Part shown: positions 57,086 to 64,000 of the stretch, piece by piece
How positions within the stretch are numbered: position 1 is the stretch's first letter
Layout of the letters: every line of letters starts with the position of its first letter
DNA from: an uncultured Solirubrobacterales bacterium
GTDB taxonomy: Bacteria > Actinomycetota > Thermoleophilia > Solirubrobacterales > Solirubrobacteraceae
Reading direction: 5' to 3'
Assembly (NCBI GenBank): GCA_963811155.1
Contig: CAWEQQ010000011.1
Location: forward strand, 5,138 to 69,137
DNA: 64,000 bases
Made by a program: the position numbers and the translations under genes
The notes under the pieces: generated by a model
Database searches by the model: none
Seen by the model: only the letters and a program-made list of their open reading frames with translations
Told to the model about the DNA's origin: nothing

Positions 57086-57883
57086 TCAAATGATCACCGG
57101 CACGATGCCGCCATCCACCGACCACGCTGCGCCAGTGACGAACGAGGCGGCCTCCGAACACAGGAAGGCGATCACGGCCGCGATCTCCTGCTCGCCGCCG
57201 TAGCGGCCAACAGGGACGCCGGCGGCGGTCGAGCGGAGCACCTGCTCCCGGGTCACCCCCTGGGCCCGCGCGGCCTGGTCGGCCAGCCCGCCCGGTCCGA
57301 TCCAAAGTTCGGTCGCGACGGGGCCGGGCGTGACCGCATTGATCAGCACGCCACGGCTCGCGTAGCGGTCGGCAAACGCGCGCGAAAGCGACAGCGTCGC
57401 AGCCTTCGAGACCGAGTAGGCGACGTTGCGCTGCCCCGGGCGCTTGCCCGACGAGGACGAGACGTTGACGATCCGGCCCCAGCCGCGGTCGGCCATGATC
57501 GGCACAGCGGCGCGCATCAGGCGCATCGGCGCCATCACGTGCAGCTCCCATTGCTCCTGCCACTCAGCGTCGGTGAGCTCCTCGAGTTGACGGGCCGCGC
57601 TCGTGCCGGCGTTGTTGACAAGTGCGTCGAGCCGCCCGAGACGGCTGATGCACGCCTGCGCGAGCCGCTCGCCGGCGTCGGGGTCGGTGACGTCGAGCAC
57701 GACGATCTCCGCCCGCGCGCCGGCCTCCGCGCACGCAGCGGCGACTGACGCGAGCGCGTCCTCCCGGCGCCCGACGAGCAGCAGCGACGCGCCCTCCGAG
57801 GCGAGGATCGTCGCAGTCGCCCGGCCGATGCCACGCGAGGCTCCGGTGACGATGCAGGCGCGATCTCGCAGGCCGAGGTCCAT
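57086..57883 (-). CDS. Short-chain dehydrogenase/reductase
   Basis: TGASRGIG, VNNAG, YSVSK, VDGG. Confidence 0.9.
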   Translation of the reverse strand: MDLGLRDRACIVTGASRGIGRATATILASEGASLLLVGRREDALASVAAACAEAGARAEIVVLDVTDPDAGERLAQACISRLGRLDALVNNAGTSAARQLEELTDAEWQEQWELHVMAPMRLMRAAVPIMADRGWGRIVNVSSSSGKRPGQRNVAYSVSKAATLSLSRAFADRYASRGVLINAVTPGPVATELWIGPGGLADQAARAQGVTREQVLRSTAAGVPVGRYGGEQEIAAVIAFLCSEAASFVTGAAWSVDGGIVPVII

Positions 57884-57914
57884 CGGCACGGATTCTCACA
57901 CCGTGGGCGCCCAG

Positions 57915-58026
57915 CGACCGGCGCGGGGCGTCCAGATGCGCTGAGACTCTTGTCTGGGCGCGATCAGCCCCACGTCGACCGGCGCGGGGCGTCTCGATCC
58001 GCTGAGACTCTTGTCGAGGCGCGATC
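57915..58026. repeat. Two ~51-bp direct repeats (period 61), each forming a hairpin
   Basis: 57915-57965 and 57976-58026, with compensatory changes in the stem. Confidence 0.85.
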
Positions 58027-58045
58027 GACGCGGTAGCCTGATGGT

Positions 58046-58468
58046 ATGGGCAAGCGTGCGACGTTGAGGGCATCGGATGCCGATCGTGAGCAGATCGCCG
58101 AGCGGCTGCGCAAGGCGACGGCGGAGGGACGGCTGCTCGCAGAGGAGCTCGAGGACCGGTTGGGCGCCGTGTTCTCGGCGCGCACCTACGGCGAGCTGGA
58201 CGCCCAGGTGGCCGACCTGCCGGGCGCGGTCCAGCCACGCCAGCAGTCCTCGCTGCGCCCATGGATCGTGCCGGCAGTGGGGCTCACGATCGCAATTCCG
58301 GTGGTGCTGGCGCTGATCGCGGCGGTGCTGTTCATCGTCACCAGCGTGTTCGCCGTGTGGATGCTGTGGGTCGTGCTGGGCTGGTGGTTCTTGGGCCACC
58401 GCCGTCGCCGTTACGTCTCCGCCCAGGGTCGCTCCTGGCACGCCTGCGGCGGCCGTTGGCGCGCGTAG
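58046..58468 (+). CDS. DUF1707 (SHOCT-like) domain membrane protein
   Basis: LRASDADRE...EGRL...ARTYGEL...DLP followed by two TM helices. Confidence 0.85.
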   Translation: MGKRATLRASDADREQIAERLRKATAEGRLLAEELEDRLGAVFSARTYGELDAQVADLPGAVQPRQQSSLRPWIVPAVGLTIAIPVVLALIAAVLFIVTSVFAVWMLWVVLGWWFLGHRRRRYVSAQGRSWHACGGRWRA

Positions 58469-58474
58469 GCCTAA

Positions 58475-58766
58475 GGGCTCCCGCGGAAATTAAGGGCCCG
58501 TTCAGAAATAATTGATCGTCCGCTCGGGCCGCGGCCCGCTCGGCATCCAGCCTCGCCGGAACGGGCCGCGCCCGAGTCGTCCAGCTGGCCGGGATGACTT
58601 CGCGGATGCGGCACCGGCGCGTGCGCGCCGTAGCGCCACTACTGCCACGCACGCGCCGGCACCGCCCCACTCGCCCCCCGACCGCCCCGATCCGATCACT
58701 TATTCCCGAACGGACCCTAATGCCGGAATCCGGCGAGTGGCTGGGCGTGGCTGGCGCCGCCGGCTC
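58475..58766. mobile_element. Partial type A element interrupted by a nested 224-bp type C element (58494-58717)
   Basis: gggctcccgcggaaat-TAA-[C]-TAA-tgccggaatccggcgagtgg... is the reverse complement of the right arm of 1907-2064, split at TAA. Confidence 0.85.
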
Positions 58767-58832
58767 CCCCGAGCGCGAACGCCGAAACAGCGCGGTGCCC
58801 CGAAGGGGCAGAGCGCCCATAGCAGCTGATCC

Positions 58833-60644
<1,812 letters not shown>

Positions 60645-60679
60645 CTCTACAAGGGTATTTCGCTGGTTGTGCCAGCCCG

Positions 60680-61171
60680 TCAGACGCGCTTCGCGAGCCG
60701 GTCCGGCAGCAGCCCCAGCTCCTTGAGCGCACCGCGTCCGGCGACGCCAATCGTCAGTAGACCGCCGAACATTGCGACGGCGTCGATCGACTTGCGTCCC
60801 TGCTTGTCCCAGTAGTCGTCCTGGAGATCGAGCCACAACGCGAACTCGTCGAGCGTCAGCGCCGACGCGATCCCGAACGTCGTGGCGCTGACGCGCGACG
60901 CCCACCGGTGGCGGTGTGGGGGCGCGCCGATCCCCCACTGATACGTCCACACGTACCCGCACGCGAGCAGGCCGAGGATCCCGAACGTGCTGTGGTGGAT
61001 GTGGCGCCCGCCCTCGCCGATGTTGTGAAACGGGCCAATGCCGGCGCGGATCGAGTGCGTGATCGTGCGGGCGGTGGCAAACGCGGTCGTGAAGCCGACG
61101 GCGCTCAGCAGCGCCCGCTCGCGGCGCGGATCGGAGAAGTGCCGCTCGTAGAGACTCGCCGCCTCGCTCAC
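60680..61171 (-). CDS. Conserved actinobacterial membrane protein of unknown function
   Basis: HIHH..FGI and [17 protein letters not shown]...GRKSIDA motifs; GTGA overlap with murJ. Confidence 0.75.
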   Translation of the reverse strand: MSEAASLYERHFSDPRRERALLSAVGFTTAFATARTITHSIRAGIGPFHNIGEGGRHIHHSTFGILGLLACGYVWTYQWGIGAPPHRHRWASRVSATTFGIASALTLDEFALWLDLQDDYWDKQGRKSIDAVAMFGGLLTIGVAGRGALKELGLLPDRLAKRV

Positions 61172-62805
61172 CCACCAGAGGCTACCGCGCGACCACGCAG
61201 ACGGCTGACCAGCAGCGCCTCGATCTGCCATGCCTCGGGGATTCGCATCACCAGCACGAGCTTGGCGTAAAGCAAGCACGCGACGGCGATCGCGATGGCG
61301 ACCGAGACGGTCTGCCCCGCCAGCGAGCTCCCGACCAGCCGGTCGATCCCGGTCCACAGGCCGAGGGTGACAGCGACCATGATCGTGGTCGCGACGATGA
61401 TCCGGATCGTGATCATCAGCGTCTGCGTCCCCTCGAGCCGGCCGTTGAACCCGACCCGCAGCCGGTGCAACTGCAGGCCGGTCATCACGATGTTCGCCAC
61501 TGCGGTCCCGATCACGAGACCCGCGATCCCGAGCGGTTTGTACAGCGCGACGCTGACGATCACGTCGACGACCATGTTCATCGCTGCCAGACGGGTCGGG
61601 ATCCAGGGTCGCTTGAGCGCAAAGAAGGTGCGGGTCAGCAACAGGTTCACCCCGGCGAACGGCAGGCTGAAGGAGAACCAGAACAACGCCGTCGAGACGA
61701 GATAGGTCGAGTGCGGACCAAACGTGCCGTGCTGATAGACGAGCCGCGTGATCGGCGTCGCGAGCACCGCCATCAGCGCAGCCGAAGGGATCAGCAGCAG
61801 GTTGATCTGGCGCATGCCGTTGCCGAGTGTCCGCCGCATCCTCACGGCGTCGCCTCGGGCCGCGAGCCGGCTGAGCGTCGGGAACAGCACGGTCGCAACC
61901 GCAACGCTGAAGATGCCCTGCGGCAGCATGTAGATCCGGAACGCGTCGTTGATCGCGGCCGGCGCGTTGTTGGAGACCAGCGAGCCGAAGCCCGCGTTGA
62001 GGAAGATGTCCAGGTTGACGATCCCGATGCTCATCGTCACCGGAATGAACAGGATCAGCACCTGGTGAACGCGCGGATCGCGCCAGTCGACGGCGAACGC
62101 GAAATGGAAATCGATCTTCCGCAAAGCCGCCAGGACCATCAGCAGCTGCACGACGGTCGCGACCAGCCACGCGACCGCGTAGGCGTAGACGCGATTCGGC
62201 CCATGGAAGTGGGGACGGAGGGCGATCAGCAGCACCAGGATCACGAGGTTCCAGACCGCGGGCGCGATCGCGGGGATCGTGAACTGGTCGTAGGACTGCA
62301 GGATTCCGACGACGAGCCCGGTGATGCTGAGCAGCAGCACGACCGGGAACAGGACGCGCGACAGGCCCGCGGTGAGCGCGGTGCTGATCCCGCTGCCGGT
62401 GAACAACGGCACGACCAGGCCGGCGACCGCCATCCACAGTGCGGTCAGCGCCCCGAGGACGATCAGGATCACCCAGAACAGAGTCGAGGCGACGCGCAGC
62501 GCCTCCCGCCTGCGGCCCTGCTGCAGAAGCTCGGTGAACACCGGAACGAACGCGGCCGACAGCGCGGCTTGCGAGAACAGGTTGCTGAACAGGTTTGGGA
62601 CCTGGGAGGCGAGCGTGAACGCAGACGCCGCAGCCGAGGTCGCGAAGAACGCCGCTTGGACGACCTCCCGTCCGAGTCCTGCCACTCGCGAGACGGCGGT
62701 GGCGACAGCGAAGATCGCTGTGTTGACCGCGATCCGCCGGCGAGGAGGAGGCGGCGGGGCGAGCCCGGGCTCGCGCTCGACTGGCGGTGGGGTCGACACT
62801 GTCAC
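61168..62805 (-). CDS. murJ: Lipid II flippase MurJ (MviN)
   Basis: [35 protein letters not shown]. Confidence 0.92.
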   Translation of the reverse strand: MTVSTPPPVEREPGLAPPPPPRRRIAVNTAIFAVATAVSRVAGLGREVVQAAFFATSAAASAFTLASQVPNLFSNLFSQAALSAAFVPVFTELLQQGRRREALRVASTLFWVILIVLGALTALWMAVAGLVVPLFTGSGISTALTAGLSRVLFPVVLLLSITGLVVGILQSYDQFTIPAIAPAVWNLVILVLLIALRPHFHGPNRVYAYAVAWLVATVVQLLMVLAALRKIDFHFAFAVDWRDPRVHQVLILFIPVTMSIGIVNLDIFLNAGFGSLVSNNAPAAINDAFRIYMLPQGIFSVAVATVLFPTLSRLAARGDAVRMRRTLGNGMRQINLLLIPSAALMAVLATPITRLVYQHGTFGPHSTYLVSTALFWFSFSLPFAGVNLLLTRTFFALKRPWIPTRLAAMNMVVDVIVSVALYKPLGIAGLVIGTAVANIVMTGLQLHRLRVGFNGRLEGTQTLMITIRIIVATTIMVAVTLGLWTGIDRLVGSSLAGQTVSVAIAIAVACLLYAKLVLVMRIPEAWQIEALLVSRLRGRAVASGG

Positions 62806-62871
62806 CGGGCGGCTATAGTACGGACGCGCCGCGGCGGAACGCTGCGGTCCGTCTCGTCGGTTCCGTCCTCC

Positions 62872-63135
62872 ATGGCAAACATCCACTCACAGAAGAAGCG
62901 GATCCTCCGCGCCGAGCGCGAGCGGCTCGAGAACCGCCGCTACACATCGAAGATCAAGACCTACTTCCGCCGGCTGGAGCGGGCGGTGGCGGGTGGCGAC
63001 GACACGGTGGCGGATGCCGAGCACCGGACGCTCGTGCAGACGATCGACAAGGCTGTCAAGCGCGGCGCGCTGCACCGCAACACGGGCGCGCGCAAGAAGT
63101 CGCGCGCGGCGCGGGTACGGCACGGCGGCGCCTAG
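62872..63135 (+). CDS. rpsT: 30S ribosomal protein S20
   Basis: MANIHSQKKR...IDKAVKRGALHRNTGARKKSR. Confidence 0.95.
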   Translation: MANIHSQKKRILRAERERLENRRYTSKIKTYFRRLERAVAGGDDTVADAEHRTLVQTIDKAVKRGALHRNTGARKKSRAARVRHGGA

Positions 63136-63220
63136 CGAGCCGCTGCTGCGCTCGTGCCGGCCAGCACGGTCGCGACTCGTTCGAGCGAGATCCCCGGAAG
63201 TGGCGCGAGAGGCGCCCGCT

Positions 63221-64000
63221 CTAGCGGCACATCCGCTGCAGCGCCCGCAGCGCGACGGTGTCCTCGCTCGCTCCGCCCGCGCCCCCGCCGCGCGAGGCGA
63301 GTTCCAGCTCGGCAAGCTCCACGATCGCTGCGCGCAGCTTGTCGGACCCGGTGCTGCGAGCATCCTCGATCAGCCGGTCCGCAGCGCGCGAGGGCATCCG
63401 CAGTCCGCGCTTGATCTGCGCGACCGGTTCGCCGGCTTCGATCGCCGTGGCGATCTCGTGGGCCGCCCGCAGCCGCTGCGCCATCCAGTACAGAAGCCCC
63501 GCGACCCGCTCGCCCTGCGCGCGCAGCGCTAGGTACATGCGCGTGGCGGTCTTGGGGTCGCCGTTGACAAGCGCGTCCGCGAGCGACCATGCCTTGCGCT
63601 CGGCCGACGGCGCGGTCAGCGCCTCGAGGTCGGCCGCCTGCAGCCGCGTCCCGGGCTCGGCCGCGAGCGCGACCTTCTCGAGCTCGCGCAGCAGCCGCTG
63701 CTGGCGATCCCCAACGTGCCCGATCAGCGCGCGGGCGGCGTCGGGCTCGAGCCGCAGGCCCAGCTCGCGGGCGCGAGCGATCACCCACTTGGGCAGCTCC
63801 CACGGCTTGACGGCCTCCTCGGCACTGATGTCCCCGCCGGCCTTCCGGACCGCGTCGTGCAGCCGCTTGGGCGCCTTGGCGCGGGTGTCCTCGCGCGCGA
63901 AGAACGCGACCGTGGTCTCGGGCGAGATCGCCTTCAGCGCACCCTCGAGCGTATTGAGCTCCTTGTCCTTCCACCGCTCGACGCCGTCGACGACGATGAA
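63221..64000 (-). CDS. holA: DNA polymerase III delta subunit (5' truncated by window)
   Basis: LPKWVIARA..AARALIGHVG...ELEK; usual position convergent on rpsT. Confidence 0.8.
   Translation of the reverse strand, partial: FIVVDGVERWKDKELNTLEGALKAISPETTVAFFAREDTRAKAPKRLHDAVRKAGGDISAEEAVKPWELPKWVIARARELGLRLEPDAARALIGHVGDRQQRLLRELEKVALAAEPGTRLQAADLEALTAPSAERKAWSLADALVNGDPKTATRMYLALRAQGERVAGLLYWMAQRLRAAHEIATAIEAGEPVAQIKRGLRMPSRAADRLIEDARSTGSDKLRAAIVELAELELASRGGGAGGASEDTVALRALQRMCR

Noticed and set aside
57940-57948. GCTGAGA as part of a TPP riboswitch
   Set aside because: The other TPP elements are absent and the neighbours are not thiamine genes

Overview
GC-rich, gene-dense chromosomal window. 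Gene content and sequence style suggest an actinobacterium, probably Thermoleophilia/Solirubrobacterales (inference). It is almost all housekeeping: tRNA-Gln, a trkA pair, hppA, rex, tsaEBD/rimI, a pan operon, uvrA/uvrB, coaE, rpsA, polA, a liv ABC cluster with three binding proteins, the trp operon, hisIE, era/ybeY/phoH, mtaB-prmA-dnaJ-hrcA, lepA, murJ, rpsT and holA. Many conserved genes carry single-base frameshifts, most likely long-read sequencing errors. No transposase, phage, CRISPR or defence system is visible. The interesting signal is non-coding. (1) A family of 158-224 bp rod-folding miniature elements with GGGC...CCC terminal inverted repeats flanked by TAA/TTA. They sit at or near stop codons, show compensatory base changes and strand-specific G-T wobbles, nest inside one another and share a ~65-nt hairpin module that also lies in frame inside prmA. 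(2) A ~180-nt rod-like RNA overlapping a 69-aa ORF with a perfect Shine-Dalgarno between prmA and mtaB. (3) A tandem hairpin repeat with covariation upstream of a DUF1707-type gene.
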